Below, piece by piece: positions 50,648 to 64,000 of a stretch of DNA of 64,000 nucleotides. The stretch is taken from positions 26,970,001 to 27,034,000 of the forward strand of contig OZ024759.1 in NCBI GenBank assembly GCA_964016885.1. The letters run 5' to 3'. Each line of letters opens with the position of its first letter. The stretch's first letter is position 1. The stretch is from Eledone cirrhosa. Lineage: Eukaryota. Position numbers and translations under genes: made by a program. Under the pieces are notes generated by a model. That model had not been told where the DNA came from. It saw nothing but the letters and a program-made list of their open reading frames with translations, and ran no database searches.

Positions 50648-53600
50648 ATGAAACTCTGTCATGTAATGTTATCGACATATCTGCCCTTGGGGCTAATAAT
50701 TGTCATGTAATGTTATGGACATCTCTGCCCCTGTGGCTTATAATTCTGTCATGTAATGTTATGGACATCTCTGCCCCTGTGGCTAATAATTCTGTCATGT
50801 AATGTTATGGACATCTCTGCCCCTGTGGTTAATAATTCTGAGAGAGATAAAACAAGTGAGGGATTAGAGTGTTGAAACAAGAGAGAGAGAGGAAGAGAGA
50901 GAGAGAGCGAGATGAAATGAGACATGGAGAGCGAGATGAAACGCGAGAGTGAGAGAAGCGATATGAAACGAGAGAGTGAGAGCGAGATGAAACGAGAGAG
51001 AGAGAGAGCGAGATGAAACGAGACAGAGAGGAAACGAGAGAGAGAGGAAACGAGAGTAGAGAGCGAGATGAAACAGGAGAGAGAGAGCGAGATGAAACGA
51101 GAGGGAGAGAGAGATGAAACGAGGGAGATAGAGATGAAACGAGAGAGAGGAAGAGAGAGATGGAACGAGAGAGAGGAAGACAGAGATGAAACGAGAGAGA
51201 GAGAGAGATGAAACGAGAGAGAGAGAGCGCGAGATGAAACGAGAGAGAGAGAGCGCGAGATGAAACGACAGAGAGAGAGAGAGATGAAAGGAGGGAGATA
51301 GAGATGAAACGAGAGAGAGGAAGAGAGAGATGGAACGAGCGAGAGGAAGAGAGAGATGGAACGAGAGAGAGGAAGACAGAGATGAAACGAGAGAGAGCGA
51401 GATGAAACGAGAGAGAGAGAGAGCGAGATGAAACGAGAGAGAGGAAGAGAGAGAGCGCCAGATGAAACTCTGTCATGTAATGTTATGGACATATCTGCCC
51501 TTGGGGCTAATAATTGTCATGTAATGTTATGGACATCTCTGCCCCTGTGGCTAATAATTCTGTCATGTAATGTTATGGACATCTCGGCCCCTGTGGCTAA
51601 TAATTCTGACATGTAATGTTATGGACATCTCTGCCCCTGTGGCTAATAATTCTGACATGTAATGTTATGGACATCTCTGCCCCTGTGGCTAATAATTCTG
51701 TCATGTAATGTTATGGACATCTCTGCCCCTGTGGCTAATAATTCTGCCATGTAATGTTATGGACATCTCTGCCCCTGTGGCTAATAATTCTGCCATGTAA
51801 TGTTATGGACATCTCTGCCCCTGTGGCTAATAATTCTGACATGTAATGTTATGGACATCTCTGCCCTGTGGCTAATAATTCTGACATGTAATGTTATGGA
51901 CATCTCTGCCCCTGTGGCTAATAATTCTGAGAGAGATGAAACAAGTGAGGGATTAGAGAGAGATAAAACAAGTGAGGGATTAGAGTGTTGAAACAAGAGA
52001 GAGAGAGGAAGAGAGAGAGAGAGCGAGATGAAATGAGACAGGGAGAGCGAGATGAAACACGAGAGTGAGAGAAGCGAGATGAAACGAGAGAGTGAGAGCG
52101 AGATGAAACGAGAGAGAGAGAGAGCGAGATGAAACGAGACAGAGAGAGCGAGATGTATTGAGAGAGAGAGAGAGCGGGATGGAACGAGACAGAGAGGAAA
52201 CGAGAGAGAGGAAACGAGAGTAGAGAGCGAGATGAAACGAGAGGGAGAGAGAGATGAAACGAGAGAGAGCAAGAGAGAGATGGAACGAGAGAGAGGAAGA
52301 CAGAGATGAAACGAGAGAGAGAGAGAGCGAGATGAAACTCTGTCATGTAATGTTATGGACATATCTGCCCTTGGGGCTAATAATTGTCATGTAATGTTAT
52401 GGACATCTCTGCCCCTGTGGCTAATAATTCTGTCATGTAATGTTATGGACATCTCTGCCCCTGTGGCTAATAATTTTGTCATGTAATGTTATGGACATCT
52501 CTGCCCCTGTGGCTAATAATTCTGACATGTAATGTTATGGACATCTCTGCCCTGTGGCTAATAATTCTGACATGTAATGTTATGGACATCTCTGCCCCTG
52601 TGGCTAATAATTCTAAGAGAGATGAAACAAGTGAGGGATTAGAGAGAGATAAAAAAGTGAGGGATTAGAGTGTTGAAACAAGAGAGAGAGAGGAAGAGAG
52701 AGAGAGAGAGCGAGATGAAATGAGACAGGGAGAGCGAGATGAAACGAGACAGAGAGGAAACGAGAGAGAGGAGACGAGAGTAGAGAGCGAGATGAAACAG
52801 AAGAGAGAGAGCGAGATGAAACGAGAGGGAGAGAGAGATGAAACGAGTGAGCGAGAGAGAGATGAAACGAGGGAGATAGAGATGAAACGAGAGAGAGGAA
52901 GAGAGAGATGGAACGAGAGAGAGGAAGAGAGAGAGGAAGACAGAGATGAAACGAGAGAGAGAGAGAGCGAGATGAAATGAGAGAGAGAGAGCGCGAGATG
53001 AAACGAGAGAGAGAGAGAGCGCGAGATGAAACGACAGAGAGAGAGACAGATGAAAGGAGGGAGATAAAGATGAAACGAGAGAGAGGAAGAGAGAGATGGA
53101 ACGAGAGAGAGGAAGAGAGAGAGGAAGACAGAGATGAAACGAGAGAGAGAGAGAGCGAGAGGAAACGAGAGAGAGAGAGCGCAAGATGAAACGAGAGAGA
53201 GAGAGCGCGAGATGAAACTCTGTCATGTAATGTTATTGACATATCTGCCTCTGTGGCTAATAATTGTCATGTAATGTTATGGTCATCTCTGCCCCTGTGG
53301 CTAATAATTCTGTCATGTAATGTTATGGACATCTCTGCCCCTGTGGTTAATAATTCTGACATGTAATGTTATGGTCATCTCTGCGCCTGTGGCTAATAAT
53401 TCTGAGAGAGATGAAACAAGTGAGGGATTAGAGTGTTGAAACAAGAGAGAGAGAGCGAGATGAAATGAGAGAGTGTGAGCGAGATGAAACGAGACAGGGA
53501 GAGCGAGATGAAACGAGAGAGTGAGAGCGAGATGAAACGAGAGAGTGAGAGCGAGATGAAACGAGAGAGAGAGAGCGAGATGAAATGAGAGAGAGAGAGC

Positions 53601-56600
53601 GAGATGAAATGAGAGAGAGAGAGCGAGATGAAACGAGACAGAGAGAGAACGAGATGAAACGAGAGAGTGAGAGCGAGATGAAACGAGAGAGAGAGAGCGA
53701 GATGAAACGGGAGGGAGAGAGAGATGAAACGAGAGAGAGTGGAAACGAGAGTAGAGAGCGAGATGAAACAGGAGAGAGAGAGAGCGAGATGAAACAGGAG
53801 AGAGAGAGCGAGATGAAACGAGAGGGAGAGAGAGATGAAACGAGAGAGCGAGAGAGAGATGAAACGAGGGAGATAGAGATGAAACGAGAGAGAGGAAGAG
53901 AGAGATGGAACGAGAGAGAGGAAGATAGAGATGGAACGAGAGAGAGGAAGACAGAGATGAAACGAGAGAGAGAGAGAGCGAGATGAAACAGGAGAGAGAG
54001 AGCGAGATGAAACGAGAGGGAGAGAGAGATGAAACGAGAGAGCGAGAGAGAGATGAAACAAGGGAGATAGAGATGAAACGAGAGAGAGGAAGAGAGAGAT
54101 GGAACGAGAGAGAGGAAGAGAGAGATGGAACGAGAGAGAGGAAGACAGAGATGAAACGAGAGAGCGAGATGAAACGAGAGAGAGAGAGAGCGAGAAGAAA
54201 CGAGAGAGAGGAAGAGAGAGAGCGCCAGATGAAACTCTGTCATGTAATGTTATGGACATATCTGCCCTTGGGGCTAATAATTGTCATGTAATGTTATGGA
54301 CATCTCTGCCCCTGTGGCTAATAATTCTGAGAGAGATGAAACAAGTGAGGGATTAGAGAGAGATAAAACAAGTGAGGGATTAGAGTGTTAAAACAAGAGA
54401 GAGAGAGAGCGAGATGAAACGCGATAGTGAGAGAAGCGAGATGAAACGAGAGAGTGAGAGCGAGATGAAACGAGAGAGAGAGAGAGCGAGATGAAACGAG
54501 ACAGAGAGAGCGAGATGTAATGAGAGAGAGAGCGAGCGGGATGGAACGAGACAGAGAGCAAACGAGAGTAGAGAGCGAGATGAAACGAGAGGGAGAGAGA
54601 GATGAAACGAGAGAGCGAGAGAGAGATGAAACGAGGGAGATAGAGATGAAATGAGAGAGAGGAAGAGAGAGATGGAACGAGAGAGAGGAAGACAGAGATG
54701 AAACGAGAGAGAGAGAGAGCGAGATGAAACGAGACAGAGAGAGCGCGAGATGAAACGAGAGAGAGAGAGCACGAGATGAAACGACAGAGAGAGAGACAGA
54801 TGAAAGGAGGGAGATAGAGATAAAACGAGAGAGAGGATGAGAGAGATGGAACGAGAGAGAGGAAGAGAGAGATGGAACGAGAGAGAGGAAGACAGAGATG
54901 AAACGAGAGAGAGAGAGAGCAAGATGAAACGAGAGAGAGAGAGCGCGAGATGAAACTCTATCATGTAATGTTATTGATATATCTGCCCCTGTGGCTAATA
55001 ATTGTCATGTAATGTTATGGTCATCTCTGCCCCTGTGGCTAATAATTCTGTCATGTAATGTTATGGACGTCTCCGCCCCTGTGGCTAATAACTCTGACAT
55101 GTAATGTTATGGACATCTCTGCCCTGTGGCTAATAATTCTGACATGTAATGTTATGGACATCTCTGCCCCTGTGGCTAATAATTCTGAGAGAGATGAAAC
55201 AAGTGAGGGATTAGAGAGAGATAAAACAAGTGAGGGATTAGAGTGTTGAAACAGGAGAGAGAGAGCGAGATGAAACGCGATAGTGAGAGAGGCGAGATGA
55301 AACGAGAGAGTGAGAGCGAGATGAAACGGGACAGAGAGAGCGAGATGTAATGAGAGAGAGAGAGAGCGGGATGGAACGAGACAGAGAGGAAACGAGAGTA
55401 GAGAGCGAGATGAAACGAGAGGGAGAGAGAGATGAAACGAGAGAGCGAGAGAGAGATGAAACGAGGGAGATAGAGATGAAACGAGAGAGAGGAAGAGAGA
55501 GATGGAACGAGAGAGAGGAAGACAGAGATGAAACGAGAGAGAGAGAGAGCGAGATGAAACGAGAGAGAGAGAGCGCAAGATGAAACGAGAGAGAGAGAGC
55601 GCGAGATGAAACGACAGAGAGAGAGACAGATGAAAGGAGGGAGATAGAGATGAAACGAGAGAGAGGAAGAGAGAGATGGAACGAGAGAGAGGAAGACAGA
55701 GATGAAACGAGAGAGAGAGCGAGATGAAACGAGAGAGAGGAAGAGAGAGAGCGCGAGATGAAACTCTCTCATGTAATGTTATCGACATATCTGCCCTTGG
55801 GGCTAATAATTGTCATGTAATGTTATGGACATCTCTGCCCCTATGGCTAATAATTCTGTCATGTAGTGTTATGGACATCTCTGCCCCTGTGGCTAATAAT
55901 TCTGTCATGTAATGTTATGGACATCTCTGCCCCTGTGGCTAATAATTCTGACATGTAATGTTATGGACATCTCTGCCCCTGTGGCTAATAATTCTGCCAT
56001 GTAATGTTATGGACATCTCTGCCCTGTGGCTAATAATTCTGACATGTAATGTTATGGACATCTCTGCCCCTGTGGCGAATAATTCTGAGAGAGATGAACC
56101 AAGTGAGGGATTAGAGAGAGATAAAACAAGTGAGGGATTAGAGTGTTGAAACAAGAGAGAGAGAGGAAGAGAGAGAGAGAGCGAGATGAAACAAGAGAGT
56201 GAGAGAAGCGAGATGAAACGAGAGAGTGAGAGCGAGATCAAACGAGAAAGAGAGACAGCGAGATGAAACGAGACAGAGAGGAAACGAGAGAGAGAGGAAA
56301 TGAGAGAGAGGAAACGAGAGTAGAGAGCGAGATGAAACAGGAGAGAGAGAGCGAGAAGAAACGAGCGGGAGAGAGAGATGAAACGAGAGAGCGAGAGAGA
56401 GATGAAACGAGGGAGATAGAGATGAAACGAGAGAGAGGAAGAGAGAGATGGAACGAGAGAGAGGAAGACAGAGATGAAACGAGAGAGAGAGAGAGCGAGA
56501 TAAGACGAGACAGAGAGAGCGCGAGATGAAACGAGAGAGAGAGAGCGCGAGATGAAACGACAGAGAGAGAGACAGATGAAAAGAGGGAGATAGAGATGAA

Positions 56601-59600
56601 ACGAGAGAGAGGATGAGAGAGATGGAACGAGAGAGAGGAAGAGAGAGATGGAACGAGAGAGAGGAAGACAGAGATGAAACGAGAGAGAGAGCAAGATGAA
56701 ACGAGAGAGAGAGAGCGCAAGATGAAACGAGAGAGAGAGAGCGCGAGATGAAACTCTGTCATGTAATGTTATTGACATATCTGTCCCTGTGGCTAATAAT
56801 TGTCATGTAATGTTATGGTCATCTCTGCCCCTGTGGCTAATAATTCTGTCATGTAATCTTATGGACATCTCTGCCCTTGTGGCTAATAATTCTGAGATAT
56901 ATTAAACAAGTGAGGGATTAGAGTGTTGAAACAAGAGAGAGAGAGCGAGAAGAAATGAGAGAGTGAGAGCGGGATGAAATGAGAGAGAGAGAGCGAGATG
57001 AAACGGGAGGGAGAGAGAGATGAAACGAGAGAGAGAGGAAACGAGAGTAGAGAGCGAGATGAAACAAGAGAGAGAGAGAGCGAGATGAAACAGGAGAGAG
57101 AGAGCGAGATGAAACGAGAGGGAGAGAGAGATGAAACGAGAGAGCGAGAGAGAGATGAAACAAGGGAGATAGAGATGAAACGAGAGAGAGGAAGAGAGAG
57201 ATGGAACGAGAGAGAGGAAGAGAGAGATGGCACGAGAGAGAGGAAGACAGAGATGAAACGAGAGAGAGAGAGCGAGATGAAACGAGAGAGAGAGAGCGCG
57301 ACATGAAACGAGAGAGAGAGAGCGCTAGATGAAACGACAGAGAGCGAGACAGATGAAAGAAGGGAGATAGAGATGAAACGAGAGAGAGGAAGAGAGAGAT
57401 GGAACGAGAGAGAGGAAGACAGAGATGAAACGAGAGAGAGAGAGAGCAAGATGAAACGAGAGAGAGAGAGAGCGCAAGATGAAACGAGAGAGAGGAAGAG
57501 AGGGATGGAACGAGAGAGAGGAAGAGAGAGATGGCACGAGAGAGAGGAAGACAGAGATGAAACGAGAGAGAGAGAGCGAGATGAAACGAGAGAGAGAGAG
57601 CGCAAGATGAAACGAGAGAGAGAGAGCGCGAGATGAAACGACAGAGAGAGAGACAGATGAAAGAACGGAGATAGAGATGAAACGAGAGAGAGGAAGAAAG
57701 AGATGGAACGAGAGAGAGGAAGAGAGAGATGGAACGAGAGAGAGGAAGACAGAGATGAAACGAGAGAGAGAGAGAGCGAGATGAAACGAGAGAGAGGAAG
57801 ACAGAGATGAATCGAGAGAGAGGGAGAGCGAGATGAAACGAGAGAGAGAGCGCGCAAGATGAAACTCTGTCATGTAATGTTATTGACATATCTGCCCCTG
57901 TGGCTAATAATTGTCATGTAATGTTATGGTCATCTCTGCCCCTGTGGCTAATAATTCTGTCATGTAATGTTATGGACATCTCTGCCCCTGTGGCTAATAA
58001 TTCTGACATGTAATGTTATGGACATCTCTGCCCTTGTGGCTAATAAATCTGACATGTAATGTTATGGAAATCTCTGCCCCTGTGGCTAATAATTCTGTCA
58101 TGTAATGTTATGGAAATCTCTGCCCCTATGGCTAATAAATCAGAATTATTAGCCACAGGGGCAGAGATGTCCATAACATTACATGTCAGAATTATTAGCC
58201 ACAGGGGCAGAGATGTCCATAACATTACATGACAGATTTATTAGCCACAGGGGCAGAGATGTCCATAACATTACATGTCAGATTTATTAGCCACAGGGGC
58301 AGAGATGTCCATAACATTACATGTCAAAATTATTAGCCACAGGGGCAGAGATGTCCATAACATTACATGACAGATTTATTAGCCACAGGGGCAGAGATGT
58401 CCATAACATTACATGACAGAATTATTAGCCACAGGGGCAGAGATGTCCATAACATTACATGACAGAATTATTAGCCACAGGGGCAGAGATTTCCATAACA
58501 TTACATGACAATTATTAGCCCCAAGGGCAGATATGTCCATAACATTACATGACAGACTTTCATCTCGCGCTCTCTCTCTCTCGTTTCATCTCACGCTCTC
58601 TCTCTTCCTCTCTCTCGTTTCATCTCGCGTTCTCTCTCTTCCTCTCTCTCGTTTCATCTCGCTCTCTCTCTCGTTTCATCTCTGTCTTCCTCTCTCTCGT
58701 TCCATCTCTCTCTTCCTCTCTCTCGTTCCATCTCTCTCTTCCTCTCTCTCGTTTCATCTCTCTCTCTCGTTTCATCTCTATCTCCCTCGTTTCATCTCGC
58801 TCTCTCTCTCCTGTTTCATCTCGCTCTCTCTCTCCTGTTTCATCTCGCTCTCTACTCTCGTTTCCTCTCTCTCGTATCCTCTCTCTCGTTTCCTCTCTCT
58901 CTCGTTTCCTCTCTCTCTCGTTTCCTCTAGCTCTCACTCTCTCGTTTCATCTCGCTCTCTCTCTCTCATTTCATCTCGCTCTCTCTCTCTCTCGTTTCAT
59001 CTCGCTCTAACCTGTCTCGTTTCATTTCGCTCTCTCTCTCTCTCTCGTTTCATTTCGCTCTCTCTGTCTCATTTCATCTCGCTCTCTCTCTCTCATTTCA
59101 ACTCGCTCTCTCTCTCTCATTTCATCTCGCTCTCTCTCTCTCGTTTCATATCGCTCTCACTCTCTCATTTCATCTCGCTCTCTCTCTCTCGTTTGATCTC
59201 GCTCTCACTCTCTCTTCCTCTCTCTCTCTTGTTTCAACACTCTAATCCCTCACTTGTTTCATCTCTCTCTTATCCCTCACTTGTTTCATCTCTCTCAGAA
59301 TTATTAGCCACAGGGGCAGAGATATCCATAACATTACATGTCAGAATTATTAGCCACAGGGGCAGAGATGTCCATAACATTACATGACAGATTTATTAGC
59401 CACAGGGGCGGAGATGTCCATAACATTACATGACGAATTTATTAGCCACAGGGGCAGAGATGTCCATAACATTACATGACAGAATTATTAGCCACAGGGG
59501 CAGAGATGTCCATAACATTACATGACAGAATTATTTGCCACAGGGGCAGAGATGTACATAACATTACATGACAATTATTAGCCCCAAGGGCAGATATGTC

Positions 59601-62600
59601 CATAACATTACATGACAATTATTAGCCCCAAGGGCAGATATGTCCATAACATTACATGACAGACTTTCATCTCGCGCTCTCTCTCTTCCTCTCTCTCGTT
59701 TCATCTCGCTCTCTCTCTCTCGTTTCATCTCGCTCTCTCTCTCTCTCGTTTCATCTCGCGCTCTCTCTCTTCCTCTCTCTCGTTTCATCTCGCTCTCTCT
59801 CTCTCTCGTTTCATATCTCTCTTCCTCTCTCTCGTTCCATCTCTCTATTCCTCTCTCTCTCTCGTTTCATCTAGCTATCACTCTCTCGTTTCATCTCCCT
59901 CTATCTCTCTCTCGCTCTCACGTTTCATCTCTCCCTCCCTCTCATTTCATCTCGCTCTCTCTCTCCGGTTTCATCTCGCTCTCTCTCTCTCCTGTTTCAT
60001 CTTGCTCTCTACTCTCGTTTCCTCTCTCTCGTTTCCTCTCTCTCGTTTCCTCTCTCTCTCATTTCCTCTCTCTCTTGTTTCATCTAGCTCTCACTCTCTC
60101 GTTTCATCTCGCTCTCTCTGACTCGTTCCATCTCGCTCTCACTCTCTCGTTTCATCTCGCTCTCTCTCTCTCATTTCATCTCGCTCTCTCTCTCTCATTT
60201 CATCTCGATCTCTCTGTCTCGTTTCATCCCGCTCTCTCTGTCTCGTTTCATCTCACTCTCTCTCTCTCATTTCATCTCGCTCTCTCTCTCTCATTTCATC
60301 TCGCTCTCTCTCTCTCTCTCGTTTCATCTCACTCTCAATCTCTCATTTCATCTCGCTCTCTCTCTCTCATTTCATCTCGCGCTCTCTCTCTTCCTCTCTC
60401 TCGTTTCATCTCGCGCTCTCTCTCTTCCTCTCTCTCATTTCATCTCGCTCTCTCTCTCTCTCGTTTCATCTTGCGCTCTCTCTCTCTTCCTCTCTCGTTT
60501 CATCTCGCTCTCTCTCTCTCATTTCATCTCGATCTCTCTGTCTCGTTTCATCCCGCTCTCTCTGTCTCGTTTCATCTCGCTCTCTCTCTCTCATTTCATC
60601 TCGCTCTCTCTCTCTCATTTCATCTCGCGCTCTCTCTCTTCCTCTCTCTCGTTTCATCTCGCGCTCTCTCTCTTCCTCTCTCTCGTTTCATCTCGCTCTC
60701 TCTCTCTCTCTCGTTTCATCTTGCGCTCTCTCTCTTCCTCTCTCTCGTTTCATCTCGATCTCTCTCTGTCTCGTTTCATCTCTGTCTTCCTCTCGCTCGT
60801 CCCATCTCTCTCTTCCTCTCTCTCGTTCCATCTCTCTCTTCCTCTCTCTCGTTTCATCTCTCTCTCTCGTTTCATCTCTGTCTTCCTCTCTCTCGTTCCA
60901 TCTCCCTCTTCCTCTCTCTCGTTCCATCTCTCTCTTCCTCTCTCTCGTTTCATCTCTCTCTCTCGTTTCATCTCTATCTCCCGCGTTTCATCTGTCTCTC
61001 TCTCTGTCGTTTCATCTCCCTCTATCTCTCTCTCGCTCTCTCGTTTCATCTCTCTCTCCCTCTCGTTTCATCTCGCTCTCTCTCTCCTGTTTCATCTCGC
61101 TCTCTCTCTCCTGTTTCATCTCGCTCTCTACTCTCGTTTCGTCTCTCTCGTTTCCTCTCTCTCTCGTTTCATCTAGCTCTCCCACTCTCGTTTCATCTCG
61201 CTCTCTCTGTCTCGTTCCATCTCGCTCTCACTCTCTCGTTTCATCTCGCTCTCTCTCTCTCATTTCATCTCGCTCTCTCTCTCTCATTTCATCTCGCTCT
61301 CTCTCTCTCGTTTCATCTCGCTCTCTCTGTCTCGTTTCATCTCGCTCTCGCTCTCTCTGTCTCGTTTCATCCCGCTCTCTCTCTCTCATTTCATCTCGCT
61401 CTCTCTCTCTCATTTCATCTCGCTCTCTCTCTCTCTCTCGTTTCATCTCGCTCTCACTCTCTCATTTCATCTCGCTCTCTCTCGTTTGATTTCGCTCTCA
61501 CTCTCTCTTCTATCTCTCTCTCTTGTTTCAACACTCTAATCCCTCACTTGTTTCATCTCTCTCAGAATTATTAGCCACAGGGGCAGAGATGTCCATAACA
61601 TTACATGTCAGAATTATTAGCCACAGGGGCAGAGATGTCCATAACATTACATGACAGATTTATTAGCCACAGGGGCAGAGATGTCCATAACATTACATGA
61701 CGAATTTATTAGCCACAGGGTCAGAGATGTCCATAACATTACATGTCAGAATTATTAGCTACAGGGGCAGAGATGTCCATAACATTACATGTCAGAATTA
61801 TTAGCCACAGGGGCAGAGATGTCCATAACATTACATGACAGATTTATTAGCCACAGGGGCAGAGATGTCCGTAACATTAAATGACAGATTTATTAGCCAC
61901 AGGGGCAGAGAATCCATAACATTACATGTCAGAATTATTAGCCACAGGGGCAGAGATTTCCATAACATTACATGACAGAATTATTAGCCACAGGGGCAGA
62001 GATGTCCATAACATTACATGACAGAATTATTAGCCACAGGGGCAGAGATGTCCATAACATTACATGACAATTATTAGCCCCAGGGGCAGATATGTCCATG
62101 ACAGAGTTTCATCTCTCGCTCTCTCTCTTCCTCTCTCTCGTTTCATCTCGCTCTCTCTCTCGTTTCATCTCGCTCTCTCTCTCTCTCGTTTCACCTCTGT
62201 CTTCTTCTCTCTCGTTTCATCTCTCTCTTCCTCTCTCTCGTTCTATCTCTCTCTTCCTCTCTCTCGTTTCATCTCTCTCTCTCGTTTCATCTCTATATCC
62301 CTCGTTTCATCTGTCTCTCTCTCTGTCGTTTCATTTCCCTCTATCTCTCTCTCGCTCTCTCGTTTCATCTCTCTCTCCCTCTCGTTTCATCTCGCTCTCT
62401 CTCTCCTGTTTCATCTCGATCTCTCTCTCCTGTTTCATCTCGCTCTCTACTCACGTTTCCTCTCTCTCGTTTCCTCTCTTTCTCGTTTCATCTCTCTCTC
62501 GTTTCATCTCTCTATGTCTCATTTCATCTCGCTCTCTCTCTCTCTCATTTCATCTCGTTCTCTCTCTCTCTCATTTCATCTCGCTCTCACTCTCTCGTTT

Positions 62601-63310
62601 CATCTCGCTCTCTCACTCTCGTTTCATCTCGCACTCTCTCTCTCGTTTCATCTCTCTCTCTCTCTCTCTCTCATTTCATCTCGCTCTCTGTCTCGTGTCA
62701 TCTCGCTCTCTCTGTCTCTCGTTTCATCTCGCTCTCACTCTCTCGTTTCATCTCACTCTAACTCTCTCATTTCATCTCGCTCTCCCTGTCTCGTTTCATC
62801 TCGCTCCCACTCTCTCATTTCATCTCACTCTCTTTCTCTCATTTCATCTCGCTCTCTCGCTCTTGTTTCAACACTCTAATCCCTCACTTGTTTCATCTCT
62901 CTCTAATCCCTCACTTGTTTCATCTCTCTCTTGTTTCAATTCTTTCTCTCTCTCTCTCTCTCACTCTCTCTCTCTCTCTCTCTCTCTCTTTCTATCCCCT
63001 CTCTCTTTCTCTCCCCTCTCTCTGTTGTTTCATCCCTCACCCTCTTGTTTCATCCCCTTCTCTCCCTCTCTCTCTCTTCCCCTCTATCTCTATTCCTCTC
63101 TCTCATCCCCTCTCTCTCTCTTCCTCTCTCTCTCTCTCTTCCTCTCTCCCCTCACCCTCTTGTTTCAACTCTCTCCTCGTTTCAACTCTCTCCTCGTTTC
63201 AACTCTCTCTCTCTCCTCTCGTTTCAACTCTCTCTCTCTCCTCGTGTTTCAACCATCTCCTCTCTTGTTTCAACTCTCTCACCTCTCGTTTCAACTCTCT
63301 CTCTCTCTGT
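50648..63310. repeat. Composite satellite palindrome, copy 2 (centre 58142)
   Basis: Same module order and the same centre ggctaataaatc-a-gaattattagcc; the right arm has 3 CT blocks. Confidence 0.96.
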
Positions 63311-64000
63311 GTCTCCAATGTGTATACCGATATATATACCGAAGAATGTACATAAACACACATGCATACACGCATGTGTATATATATATACATACATGTG
63401 TCTCTCTCTCTCCCTATATATATGTACATATGTGTAAATATGTACATACATATTAGTGTATATATATTGCTATCTATATGCATATTTGTATTAATTATAC
63501 TGTATGGTGAATTGGCAGTATCGGTAGAGGGTCTGACGCCATGCTTTCCAGCATAGTTACGTCCCTTTACGATCCGAGGTCAACTTTGCCTTTCATCCTT
63601 ACGGGGTCGATAAAATAAAGTACCAGTAATGTACTGGTTAATTACTGACCTTGTGCCTAAAATAGAAACAATTATTAGTTCAAAGAGAAACCACCATCAT
63701 AGAGAAACCACCGTCCTACCTGAAATATTATGTTATCATATTAAATATTTCTTATACTGTCATGTTTTTTCTTTAAAACGATTGCATTTCAATAAAGTGA
63801 AGAAAACTATTATATACTGTTGTTATATCATTATACTTTAGTTTTAACTTATTATTTCTATGTGTATAAATATAATGTATGTAAGTGTGTTTGAAAATAT
63901 ATAATAATAATATGCATGTTTGAAGCAGGGTTCAACTGAAATATCTACACCGGTAACTTAATTAGTGTTACACCTTAGGCATAAACTATTTGGCATTCTT

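Larger units (their letters stand above)
39269..64000. repeat. Macro-repeat copy 2, partial (U1' 39269-63310, U2' from 63311)
   Basis: Near-identical to 1-~26790, differing by scattered SNPs, microsatellite lengths and one missing 1938-bp satellite module. 63311 matches 26101 (gtctccaatgtgtataccga). Confidence 0.96.

Overview
Gene-free, AT-rich eukaryotic repeat region. The (TA)/(CA)/(GA) microsatellites and the SINE family look cephalopod/octopus-like (inference, not searched). No intact protein-coding gene is supported; the long Ser/Leu- and Arg/Glu-rich ORFs are read-throughs of GA/CT repeats. The window is about 1.6 copies of a ~39.27-kb tandem unit (1-39268, 39269-64000+). Each unit is a dimer of related sub-units: U1 1-26100, U2 26101-39268, U1' 39269-63310, U2' from 63311. 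The backbone is a minus-strand, internally deleted Helitron RepHel relic followed by other transposon debris: a decayed PHD finger, a CRE-type retrotransposon endonuclease tail, hAT ends, MITEs, tRNA-derived SINEs and 55-bp and 40-bp minisatellites. Main observations: (1) a ~14.7-kb essentially spacer-less palindrome made of a two-tier satellite (46-bp arrays alternating with GA-rich blocks); (2) a 2.55-kb satellite-carrying segment inserted at a precise site in the Helitron frame; (3) an 89-bp satellite whose units are hairpins and whose array is also inverted, next to a perfect 30-bp fold-back hairpin at a duplication breakpoint. Fold-back symmetry recurs at four length scales.
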